In this document: positions 12,065 through 22,956 of the stretch, in pieces
Layout: each line of letters begins with the position of its first letter
Position numbering within the stretch: the first letter of the stretch is position 1
Assembly (NCBI RefSeq): GCF_006345805.1
Contig: NC_043020.1
Coordinates: forward strand, 14,880,001-14,944,000
Reading direction: 5' to 3'
DNA length: 64,000 nt
Source: Octopus sinensis
Taxonomy: Eukaryota
Notes under the pieces: generated by a model
What the model saw: only the letters and a program-made list of their open reading frames with translations
Database searches by the model: none
Told to the model about the DNA's origin: nothing
Position numbers and translations under genes: made by a program

Positions 12065-12590
12065 GTGTGTGTTTGTGTGTCTGTGTTTGTCTCCCCAACA
12101 TCGCTTGGCAACCGATGCTGGTGTGTTTACATCCCCGTAACTTAGCAGTTGGGCAAAAGAGACTGATAGGATAAGTACTTGGCTTACAAAGAATAAGTCC
12201 TGGGGTCGATTTGCTCGACTAAAAGGCGGTGCTCCAGCATGGCCGCAGTCAAATGACTGAAACAAGTAAAAGAGAAAAGAGAAATATACCATCAGGATGT
12301 TTCCTGCCAGTCTTTGATACGTTGCTAGATTGGATAAAATGGAATTTATGTTAAGTGTAGAGAGAGTTCTTTTGCTAAGGTTTTTGACCTGAGAATTCTG
12401 AGGACTGACTACACTGGAATTGAACAGCTCAATCCATTTACTCTTGGGAATTGACTCAGAGACAAGTATGAGGGTAGCAAAAAGGAAAACTGAGATGGAG
12501 GGATTAGATTATCATGAGCTGAGTTCTTCCCATTTTTAGACAGAGTAAAATAATCAGGATTATATTCAGCCAGTCCAATGGTTCTGATAC
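11600..12590 (-). mobile_element. Fossil CRE-clade non-LTR retrotransposon (zinc knuckle plus RLE), split by SINE A at 11871-12282
   Basis: Frameshifted minus-strand reading DWLNI..LKM...SLHL.FPFCYPHTCL..NGLSC...QRTLSTLNINSIL...GRKHPDGILFFPYKNCRIIVWNF resembles CRE-type DWL..LP..LGL..RLG..PH.C.C..HGLSC..RH..DGKRPDG..PW..G..L.WD. Confidence 0.65.
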
Positions 12591-12880
12591 TCTGTTGGTT
12601 ATGACAACGAAGGTTCCAGTTGATCCGATCAATGGAACAGTCTACTCTTGAAATTAACATGCAAGTGGTTGAGCACTCCATAGACACAGACACCTTTAAC
12701 ATAATTTTCAGGAAGATTCAGAGTGAAACAGAATGTATCAAAGCCAATCCTTTGAATCACCAGGTACAACTCATTTTTGTCAGCTGAGTGAACTGGAGCA
12801 ACATGAAATAGAGTGTTTTTCTGAAGAACACAGCACACCGCCAGAAATCAAACTCATGACCTTACGACCATGAGTTGAAA
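12588..12880 (-). mobile_element. Older tRNA-SINE (family C-related)
   Basis: Tail matches 16860-17035 and 49030-49430. Confidence 0.7.
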
Positions 12881-14416
12881 ACAAAACATTGACCCATTCA
12901 GAATATCTCGTGAAATATGTATTCCTTGAGGTGTTTAATCTTATTCATCTCTGTCAAGTTGTTTGGTCTCATTTGGCAAGACCATAACCTGTGGCCTATA
13001 CCGGGAGCGTAACCAGCCCACCTATGCATACCTTTTCTGTCTTTGGTCACTAAACTCTGCTTGCAAAGACTTGTTGAAGCAAGTGAAATCGAAATCAATT
13101 CAATGACTGGCATCCATGCTAGCTGGGTGCAGAGAGCACCATACGAGTGTGATCGTTGACAGAGCGGCTATTCGAGTATGATCGTTACCAGCATCGCCTT
13201 ACTGGCACTTATGCCTGTGGTAGTAGGGTGCCAAGAGCACCATCCGAGCATGATTGTTGCCAGAGCAGCCAACTGGCTTCCGTGCCAGTGGCACGTAAAA
13301 GGGCACCATTCGAGCGTGATCGTTACCAACATCGCTTCACTGGCACCTGTGCCGGTGGCATGTGTAAAATGATTCGAGCGAGGTCATTGCCAGTACCGCC
13401 TGACTGGCCCACATGCCGGTGGCATGTAAAAATCACCCCCTACACTCTCGGAGTGGTTGGTGTTAGGAAGGGCATCCAGCTGTAGAAACTCTGCCAAATC
13501 AAGATTGGAGCCTGGTGCAGCCATCTGGTTCGCCAGCCCTGTCAAAATCGTCCAACCCATGCTAGCATGGAAAGCGGATGTTAAACGATGATGATGATGA
13601 TGAGGATGAGTATACATGGTTAATATCATGTCACCAGTAACCATTTTTGGATCATTTCTGTTCAGCTGCTCGAATTGATTTCATATTCGCTGTAATGATA
13701 TGGTTTTATATGCTAATCACTACTTTGAAATTCATTCTCATAATAAATCAATGAATAGAGTTATTAGCTTTTAACGTTTGCAAATGTTGGGTAATTTTAG
13801 CCAATCATAAGCCACAGACACATTCATGTCAGTTTCCATAGTAACAAGCCAAGCACGAGAATTGTTTTGTCTGTGAGAAAGCATGTATTGACAAATATAT
13901 TTCACTTATTGAAGTGGTCGTCAGATGTACTAAAAATAACAACCAAATAAACCTTAAATCATGCACTAAAAAAGTTTGCATTTTACTTTTGAATAGTCGC
14001 ATGAATTCCTGTGTGTTGAATACAAATTCACAAAAATTTTCTGAAAAACTCCAAAAAATAAAAAAAAGTTATGAGGGTTTTTTTGTAGTGCATAAATCTG
14101 AATTTTTGAAAATTGGTAGCCAAACTGAAGAGATCGCCATTCTCTTCTTTCCAGCCTTTATATCTAGAACAGTAGTATCCAAGGTTTCTGACACCTCATA
14201 ACCCCATTTTCCCATACTTAAGATATGCAACATCCTTATTTTACTTCAATAAAGAAAAGCAATTATACAATATTTAACATGTATGTATATAATAAATATA
14301 TAATGCAAAAACACATTGAAATACAAATCAAAATGTGAAGAAAACATGGAGTGGCTGTGTGGTAAGTAGCTTGCTTACCAACCACATGGTTCTGGGTTCA
14401 GTCCCACTACTATAGC

Positions 14417-14720
14417 CATATTTGCCATATTCTGAATGCCCTCCATCAGGCATTTGCCATATTCTGAATGCCTTACGTCCCTGGGCATGGATACATTGAA
14501 ACTCCAATGCCTGGTAGCTGACTTGGCAGACACCCATAAAATTATTAACCATCTTACTAACAATAACTCTGAACACCTTTTCAAACTCCACCTGTCTAAC
14601 ACCCATGGACATGTTTACAAAGTCAGAAAACAGCACAGCTGCCATGACTTTTAGAAACATTTTTTCACACTAAGAGTTGCTGAAGTATGGAACAAACTGC
14701 CGGCATCAGTTGTTAGTTGA
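14417..14720 (+). mobile_element. CR1-clade LINE 3' fragment
   Basis: RHLPYSECLTSLGMDTL...DLADTHKII...THGH.YK...KHFFTLRVAEVWNKLP. Confidence 0.85.
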
Positions 14721-14757
14721 CAAGTTGTGGTGCACTTGTGCACTGTACACAATAATT

Positions 14758-14759
<2 letters not shown>

Positions 14760-14811
<52 letters not shown>

Positions 14812-15145
14812 TTCTATGTTTGACTTTTGCTTTATGTTTGTGCAAGTTGGCTCCAAGTCTCACCCAGAGACCTCAAGAGACAACAGGTTGGAAGTTCACA
14901 TTGTTGTTATGCCTAGTGTGCCATATATTTGGGGTTTTTTTTGGTGTTGTACTAGTGAATGTCTAATAAATAAATTGAAAAAACAAAAGTTTGTTTTAAA
15001 CCTGGAGATTACGTAGAGAGTATTTTGCGTAGGATATGAACAGTTCCCATGAGCACTATCTTTTGAATTTCTGCCATTTTGGGGGTCCTGGTATCTGAGT
15101 TAGGTAGCAATCAGCCCCTTTCGCTATCATTATTATTATTATTAT
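14760..15145 (-). mobile_element. R4/Dong-clade retrotransposon 3' end within (TAA)n
   Basis: Minus reading MIAKGADCYLTQIPG..AEIQKIVLMGTVHILRKILS (one frameshift), short 3' UTR, (TAA)n on both sides. Confidence 0.75.
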
Positions 15146-15679
15146 CATCATCATCATCTCTAATGTGATTGAGTTGGGAGATTGTTTACACATTGGACAA
15201 AATGCATAGCGACATTTCTTCTGGCATGTGATTTAAGGTCTATTTAACTGTTATTTTTAGCACATCTCATCATGACTACCTCAATGAATATATTTGTCAT
15301 CATGTGCTTTCTCGCAGACTAAAGAGTTCGCATGCTTGATTTGTTACTATGGAAACAGGTATGAATGTGTCTGTGGTATACCATTGGCTAAAATTACCCC
15401 AAATTTGCAAACTTTAAAAGCTATTAACTCTCTTTTTATTGATTTATGGTGAAATGAGTTTTATGTAAATGATTAGCATACAAAATTATATCATTACACC
15501 AAATATGAAATCAATTAGAACAGAAATTGAGGAAATTGAAGAGTGGCAGCCAAACAGAAAAGATCCTTGCTCTTTCAAATTCCATCAAAATAAACTTTGC
15601 CTTTCTTCCTTTGAGGGTTGATAAAATAAAGTACCAATCTTGTATACTTGCATTCATTATTTTTGTTAATACAGTATAG

Positions 15680-15995
15680 CAGTGTTTCCCAACTTATTTT
15701 CCTTCAGGCACCACTATAACTTTCCAGAAAAATGTATGCCCCCATCAGCGGTTGGAAAAAAAAAGAGAAACAATTTTATTTTTCGCATTTTATCACAATT
15801 ATTTAATACAAAAGAGTCTACTGGTAACTCTTTTATTAAGTACAGATTACCAAAAAAAAATACATTATTGACTAAGAAAAAAAAGGGAATCGCTTTAATG
15901 AGAACGTTGTGCTTTGTGACTACAACACCATACCCCACCACAATTTTCCTAGGCCCCCACCAGTGGAGTGTATGGCCCCACATTGGGAATCACTG
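15680..15995. mobile_element. hAT-like MITE
   Basis: TIRs cagtgtttcccaa / ttgggaatcactg; TSD degenerate. Confidence 0.7.
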
Positions 15996-16141
15996 CTATA
16001 TACTATGTATAATTAAATCATTCCATTCTATGTCAATCCACACCACCACCACCACTTTTATATACACTTATATATATATATATTCTTGTATTTTGTTTCA
16101 TATTATATTTGCATTTTATATTATTATAATTGTACTTTATA

Positions 16142-16269
16142 ATCTCTGACGAGGCCTTGAGATATATATATATAAGTAACTCATTTTTAACTGCAAATTA
16201 CCTCAATACATCTGACTAATATAAGCACAATGAGATACCTTTATCTACAGGCTGAAACAGCTGTAAGAT
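16142..16269 (+). ncRNA. Type I hammerhead ribozyme motif with enlarged stem II, in a Penelope-like relic (~16080-16620)
   Basis: ATCT CTGACGA GGCCTTGAGATA [77 nt] TATCTACAGGCT GAAA CAGCTG TA AGAT. Confidence 0.7.
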
Positions 16270-16672
16270 CCATTTTATACGTATTATTTTTATGGTATTA
16301 TCTTACTTATTGATGTATATTGTTTTATTCTGTTGGATTTGGATGTTCCTTTTTCAAGTAGTTAATACATAATATGAATTGGTATTATCTGTAAGTCGAT
16401 GATTGAAAGGAATCTGTTCCTCCATTTTCATATTTGTATTATGATTTTGAAGTAAAATATTTTACCTTTGCCCATCTAAAACAATAAATGAATTAATTGC
16501 ATTGCAATTGTAAGCATTTATGTGTTTGCCTTTTGGGTACTTCACTAGCAGTATATTAGATAACTGATATTCCATAGTGGGTTACACTCATAACCCCTAT
16601 CTCACTTTGTACTTTGATATATATATATATATACATATACATGGTAAGAAGAGGGATATAATATCCAGGCAT

Positions 16673-17040
16673 GGAGGCGCAATGGCCCAGTGGTTAGGGC
16701 AGCGGACTCGCGTTTTCGATTCCCAGACCGGGCGTTGTGAGTGTTTATTGAGCGAAATCACCTAAAGCTCTACGAGGCTCCGGCAGGGGGTGGTGGTGAT
16801 GCCTGCTGTACTCTTTCACCACAACTTTCTCTCACTCTTACTTCCTGTTTCTGTTGTACCTGTATTTCAAAGGGCCGGCCTTGTCACTCTCTGTGTCACG
16901 CTGAATATCCCCGAGAACTACGTTAAGGGTACACGTGTCTGTGGAGTGCTCAGCCACTTACACGTTAATTTCACGAGTAGGCTGTTCCGTTGATTCGGAT
17001 CAACCGGAACCCTCGTCGTCGTAACCGACGGAGTGCTTCC
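16673..17040 (+). mobile_element. tRNA-derived SINE family C
   Basis: ggaggcgcaatggcccagtggttagggcagcggactc head; 15-bp TSD tataatatccaggca. Confidence 0.88.
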
Positions 17041-17061
17041 TTATAATATCCAGGCAGGTAC

Positions 17062-17161
17062 CGAATTTCTCTGAGAAAATGCCAAAGCTGGTTCCTTCAG
17101 ATGGTACGTTTTTTGGTAAATTTCCTTTAGCTCCCATCCAATGTTACAGTTTATTTCTTGG
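17062..17161 (-). CDS. Candidate 100-nt exon (QEINCNIGWELKEIYQKTYHLKEPALAFSQRNS)
   Basis: ctttacattctaagtag NAGNAG acceptor, open frame, weak donor TCG|GTACCT. Confidence 0.25.
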
Positions 17162-17198
17162 CTACTTAGAATGTAAAGTACAATATAGTGTATTATAC

Positions 17199-17245
<47 letters not shown>

Positions 17246-17473
17246 GTATGTATGTATGTCTGTGTGTTGGTGTTTGTTCTCATCAATAGGTGCAGGTGTG
17301 TTTACATCCCCGTAACTTGGTAGTTCGACAACAAAGATGGATAAAATAAATATCAGGCTTAACAAAATATAAGTACTGGGGCTGATACATTCGATGAAAA
17401 AATTCTTCGGGGCAGTGCTTCAGCACGGTCGCAGTTTAATGATTGAAACAAGTAAAAGATATATGTATATATA

Positions 17474-17505
<32 letters not shown>

Positions 17506-17508
17506 GGA

Positions 17509-18076
17509 TGGCAAGACTTCTGCCCGTCCCCATCCCAACCACCCTTCTCTTAAAAATTCTTTTTTTGGGACACAAACCCCACTTTTCAGCTACGGAGAAT
17601 GTGAATCTGCAAAAAGATTGGCAAAAATCGGCATTTTAAAATTACCACCCCACCCTAATATTTTATTTTTTTCAGAAATTTTTTTTCAAAATATGTGAAA
17701 AAATACGGAGATTATGATTTTGAAAAAAATTTCCAAACATTTTTGTAAAATTTTTTTTAAGAATATTTTTTCTTCTAAATACAGACATTATGATTCGGAC
17801 AAAAATGTCAAAACATTTCTGTAGTTACGGTTAGGGTTAGGGTTGGGGTTTTAGGGTTAGGGTTAGGGTTACGGTTTTAGGGTTAGGGTTAGTGTTGGGG
17901 AGAAAAGTCAAAATTGAAGAATTGAGAGGAGGAAGGGGGTGGAATTTAACAATGCCGATTTTTAGCAATTTTCCGGAACCTCCATGTCCGAAAACGGGGG
18001 TTTTGGCCGAACAAAATTAAAAAAATAAACAAATTTGGGAGAAAATGGGGGGAGGGGACGGGCAGAAGCCTTTCCA
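17509..18076. mobile_element. Fold-back MITE with internal degenerate (TTAGGG)n tract, inserted in (TA)n
   Basis: TIR tggcaagacttctgcccgtcccc vs ggggacgggcagaagcctttcca; inner IR aaaaatcggcatt/aatgccgattttt; TTAGGG-like units ~17823-17892. Confidence 0.8.
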
Positions 18077-20572
18077 TATATATATATATATATATACACA
18101 CAAGCTCTACTTTATTAATGAAAATATTTGTTGTTTTTTTCTAAATAGTTTAACGTATGTCATCGTCCAAATGTGACAAAATATGTTGTCCCAAAATGTA
18201 GTCAAAAGATCAGGTTTCTTTTTTGCAGTAGGTCTTACCATAAAGCAAAATCTTAATTGTCGTAAATCGTGATGTCGTAAACCAGATTGCCGTATTTCTT
18301 TTGTTTTCTTCCGTATCGATTATGTGTCGAAGTAAGCTGGAATCGATCTTTCGCCATTTCATGATCGGGTAAATATATATGTTAATACTTCTACTGGAAA
18401 CATGTGTCGTTATCTTTCGTTTAATGTTTGATTATTCAGTATGAAATCGCTTCCTCGGTTGCAAACGTGACAATCTGTGAATTAATGTTTCTGCTGTTGT
18501 TGGTGTCGTTTAGTCTCCGGGTCGGTCCTAGTTCGATTTCTACTATTTATAATTCCATTTTTTGCATCCAGGATACATAGAAGAAGTAAGTACGTGACTG
18601 ATATTTTATTTTATCGACCTCCAAAATATGGAAGCCTGATCTAAACCACGGCAAAATTTGAACTCCGAACGTAAAGCGCTGTGACTAAAAAACCTCGCAA
18701 AAGCATCTTGTCCGACGCTCTAACGATTCTCTCTAATTGAATACAGTAAAGTCCTTCGAAGGCGTTTCAGCCATGACCATCCTGTCTTTCAGAATTACAT
18801 TATCCAACGTGTCCTTTGCTTTTGTGAGTCGGTAGTGGGGGGTATTTATTCGCAGGTCGAGTATTTTATTTAGCTTCTTCGCAAACGACTGCTATGGCGA
18901 AGTACGTCAGCTTTTCCTACACTTCGCAAATTACTGGAAAATATTCATGTAAGTAGAAGCGATATAAATGTTTACTATCTTGAATAAAACTGATTTTTAT
19001 TCTGGTTATTTTCTAGAATAACATTTTTCACGATATATTTACGTCGTTTAAATCAGATTCACAACGAATGGTCATACTTAGATGATAATAGAATCTCTTC
19101 CATTACATTATTGTACGTCCACATATTGTTTAATAGTCATTTCATCATAATTTGAACGTTGTATTTTATTTATTTATTCCACTTGTCTATAAAATGCCTC
19201 GTTTGTTTAAAATATTTCGGAGACTTCATGTTTAATATTTCGTTTGAAAAATGAAGATGAATCAAATCTTCGATTCGATTCTCCGAATTTTTTTTTTTTT
19301 TTTTCCCCTATTTTGCGATGTTATGGAACCAGCTATATAACAGCCAAAATATTTCTCTAAAGACATGTATTTTTTCCCACTAGTTCCAGCGGATAAAGAC
19401 ATCAAAATACTTCACCTGCTAAAAGAAAAAAAAAAGACACCAGAAAAGACATTTTCTTAAAAATGAAAAAAAAAGTCTGCTCTGAAGATTTTCTTTTTAA
19501 TTCTCAGTAATATGGTTATTTTCTATAGCACTAATAAGATTAACGATAAAGATGTCTTTTATCGTACACACTCTGTCTAAGATTGCATTTATTATTTTGT
19601 GCACCCTTGCATTTTTAAGACAGTCGCAATTCGACGGAAATTTGGCTGCTATTTCTAGCAACTCAAGCAGCCGTGTGGAGGTTCCATCTTCGTGAAAGCT
19701 GTTGTATAGCCCCAGGTCAGTCTTAATTATGCAGACAAAGACGTGACAACCATGATCATTATTTTCGTATATTTATAGCTACATTATACAACGTGTCCTT
19801 CTTATAAGACGATGAGATGCGTTTTGAATGAGGTTAGTTTGCTATTTCTAGCATCTCAAGCCTCCATTTCGTGAATAGTAGTTAGAAATTGGATGGGGGG
19901 TATCAAACGTTGAAGGAGGAATGCCTATAAAATATATTTGCTCTTTCTTTTTATTACAGCGAAAAGAAATTTGTGTTTCTTTAAAAACCACACAAAATTC
20001 TACATTTTTATATGTGAATTTCGTTTCACCCCCAGATTGGTAGAATACGTAGAGCGTCAAATAAAATGATTTGTGGTATTTAGTTATCTCCTTTTATGTC
20101 TTGAATGCAGATCCTACCAACAACAGATTTGCTTATCATTGTTCTGGTGTCTATAAAAAACAAAAATACGAATGATATTGTGATTGATCTTAGATGGAAA
20201 CGGAATTACGACATTTGTATTCTCACTGTTAGATTAACACATTATTACGAAACACTCATATTGCAAGACAAGAGTTTCGCGAAATCTCGTTCGTGGAGTT
20301 AACTCCATGCTGAAATCGATGTGGCCTCAATAGAATCGTCAGACACCCTTGATATTATTAACTAAAATAAATCATTCACAGATGATAACCTGTAACCTCT
20401 AACAATTTGCACTCTTACAATTATACCGCTTGTCTCTCCGACAGTGCGGACGACCTGATATTTTAATGACAGGTAGGGTAAGCACATAAATGTGAAACAA
20501 GGTGGAATGTAGTACTCGAATACCGGAGGTAGAGTTATACGCTTTATTAATAAAGCTGCAGACATCACAAAA

Positions 20573-20612
20573 ACTGTTACTCAGAGTTTCACGTTCCCGT
20601 TCGTCGGACAGT
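20573..20612 (-). ncRNA. Minimal type I hammerhead motif (U4C core variant) in a Penelope-like pseudo-LTR relic (~20440-20640)
   Basis: ACTGT CCGACGA ACG GGAA CGT GAAA CTCTGAG TA ACAGT. Confidence 0.7.
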
Positions 20613-20631
20613 GTTGGTTTAGATTCTAAAC

Positions 20632-20636
20632 CCAAA

Positions 20637-20695
<59 letters not shown>

Positions 20696-20704
20696 TACAC
20701 CAAA

Positions 20705-20739
<35 letters not shown>

Positions 20740-20937
20740 AAGGTGTATATATATATATAATATACATACACACACACACACATACACCAAAGTATATATA
20801 TATATATTATATATATATGCCAAGGTATATATATATATATATATACATACACACACACATACACCAAAGTATATATATATGCCAAGGTATATATATATAT
20901 ATATATACACACATACACCAAAGTATATATATATGCC

Positions 20938-20974
<37 letters not shown>

Positions 20975-21055
20975 CATACACACACACACATACACCAAAG
21001 TATATATATATATATATGCCAAGGTATATATATATATATATACACATACACACAC
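20632..21055. repeat. Compound minisatellite: (TA)n/(CA)n spaced by tacaccaaag and atgccaagg
   Basis: About four recurring units; source of the spurious YI-rich ORFs. Confidence 0.9.
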
Positions 21056-21179
21056 TCGCATTCCGACAGACTGATAGAATATCACCTAAATATTGCCGAA
21101 AATCATCCTAAAATGATTAATAGAATGATTAGCAGCATAGAGGAATGATAGATATGTTCTCTAAATTGTCTCGGAATTT

Positions 21180-21306
21180 ATATGACGTAATCGCTTGTTA
21201 AGTCGTGTAACTAGGAAACGTCACTGATGTTGAGTTGGTCGGTTGTCAAGTGACAGTTCGCGTTGCTATGTAAACAAACAGATCACGTGAACAGCTTACC
21301 GTAAGT
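21180..21306 (+). promoter_or_regulatory. CpG-rich promoter / first exon with RFX X-box, forkhead, E-box and CRE motifs and a 5' splice donor
   Basis: TGACGTAA 21183, GTAACTAGGAAAC 21207, GTTGTCAAGTGAC 21242, GTTGCTATGTAAAC 21262 overlapping GTAAACAAA, TCACGTGA 21283, CC|GTAAGT 21301. Confidence 0.6.
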
Positions 21307-21889
21307 GTGGTCGTGTCAAGTGTTGGGAATTGTTCACGTCCGAGCTACACTGCGCATATGAATATGTGTGTATGTATGAGTGTGTGTATGTCTATGCATG
21401 TGTATGTATGAGTGTGTGTATGAATAAATGAATGTTTCCTCGAGAAAGAACAAAAGACAAAAAAAAAAGAAAACCGTTTCATTAACTTTTTATTTATTTC
21501 GTGGGCTTTCCAAATTTTTCAGTGTATTGCTTCAGTTTTGTCACGCAGACGTTTTAACTGCGACTGTTTGAAACTTAACAGTTGAGTTCTTATGCGTGTG
21601 TTTGTGTATCGTCATCATTTAACGTCTATGTTCCATGCTGGCATGGGTTGGACGGTTTGATTGGAACCAATGTGTGTCTAAGGATTGCATCGAGCTCCAA
21701 TGTCTGCTTTGACATGGTTTTTACGGTTAACTGCCCTTCCTAACGCCAACTGCTTTACAGTGGACTGGGTGCTTTTTGCGTTCCAATGGTACCAGTGAAA
21801 TCGCCATGTAGTTTGCACCTGGATTGCAAACCCTTGGCTAGATGGGGTGGGAGTGAGCTTACAAATATCTTGAGTCATACATATCATCA

Positions 21890-22410
21890 TCTGGAAAAGA
21901 TTTTCTAACTAGAAAGGGTATGGCCTGGTCAGCCTGTAATGACATGCATAAGATCTGGTCATCAAATCTAAGTAGAGACTTCAAACTTGAAATCTTCAAA
22001 GCCACAGTCGAACCAATTCTACTATATGGCTCAGAAACCTGGACGTTATCAAAGAAGCTTGAGAGGCGGTTGGATGGAACCTACACTTGCCTCCTTATGA
22101 GAGCTCAAAATCTCTTGTGGAAGCGCCATCCAACCAAAATGCAAGATTATGGGAAACTACCACCTGTGTCATCTTGTGAAGGGTAGGACATTGTTGTAGA
22201 GCTGAAAACGAGGTAATTTCTACTCTTCTCCTCTGGAAGCCATCTGCTCGCGATACCAGAGGGTGCACACTCTCCTACCCTGATGTAATCTCCAGGGATA
22301 CAAGCATCCAGCAACAGGACCTCCGTAATGCCATGATGGACCGTGAAGTGTGGCGTAGCATGGTAAATTCGATTGTCACGACCACGGTCGAACAATGATG
22401 ATGATGATGG
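21890..22410 (+). mobile_element. 5'-truncated RTE LINE 3' end
   Basis: Near-identical to 1201-1727 with a small internal deletion; (TGA)n tail. Confidence 0.9.
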
Positions 22411-22721
22411 GGGGTGAGCTTCAGGCTAGGGGCCGAGGGTAGTACTTTGAGGCAGGATGCAGAACAGGTTCTTGCAGAAGGTTCTGCATGACTGCTCACA
22501 TCTAGTATGGAAATAAAAAGAGGGGTGGAGCAGACTGCCCAAAAACAAGGTAGGATTGAGGGGAAGATGAGACGAGTTATGAGCAGGGCATGATAGAAGG
22601 ATGCTGAAGAGCAGGGAATAGTGAGTAGCAGGAGTAATAATGGTGGCGGTGGGGGATAAGAGAGAGAGAGGGGCAAGAGGTAGCCATAGATAAAATGCAT
22701 GAGGAAAGGGGATCACTGTAA

Positions 22722-22956
22722 CCTATTTCTTTATTACCCACAAGGTGCTAAACACAAAGGGGACAAACAAGGACAGACATAGGTATTAAGTCGATTACAT
22801 CGACCCCAGTGCGTAACTGGTACTTAATTTATCGACCCTGAAAGGATGAAAGGTAAAGTCGACCTCGGTGGAATTTGAACTCACAACGTAACGGCAGACG
22901 AAATACCACTAAGTATTTCGCCTGGCACGCTAACGTTTCTGCCAGCTCGCCACCTT
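22722..22956 (-). mobile_element. SINE family B
   Basis: Full copy; flanking duplication aggaaaggggatcactgtaac. Confidence 0.9.

Larger units (their letters stand above)
13649..15566. mobile_element. Old element with ~250-bp inverted arms and GGATC..GATCC termini, carrying nested insertions
   Basis: 13649-13905 is the diverged reverse complement of ~15285-15566; no TSD visible. Confidence 0.7.

Noticed and set aside
20399-21148. Long YI/YT-rich ORFs (also 28137-28927 and 41451-42184)
   Set aside because: Translations of (TA)n, (CA)n and (TAGATA)n microsatellites
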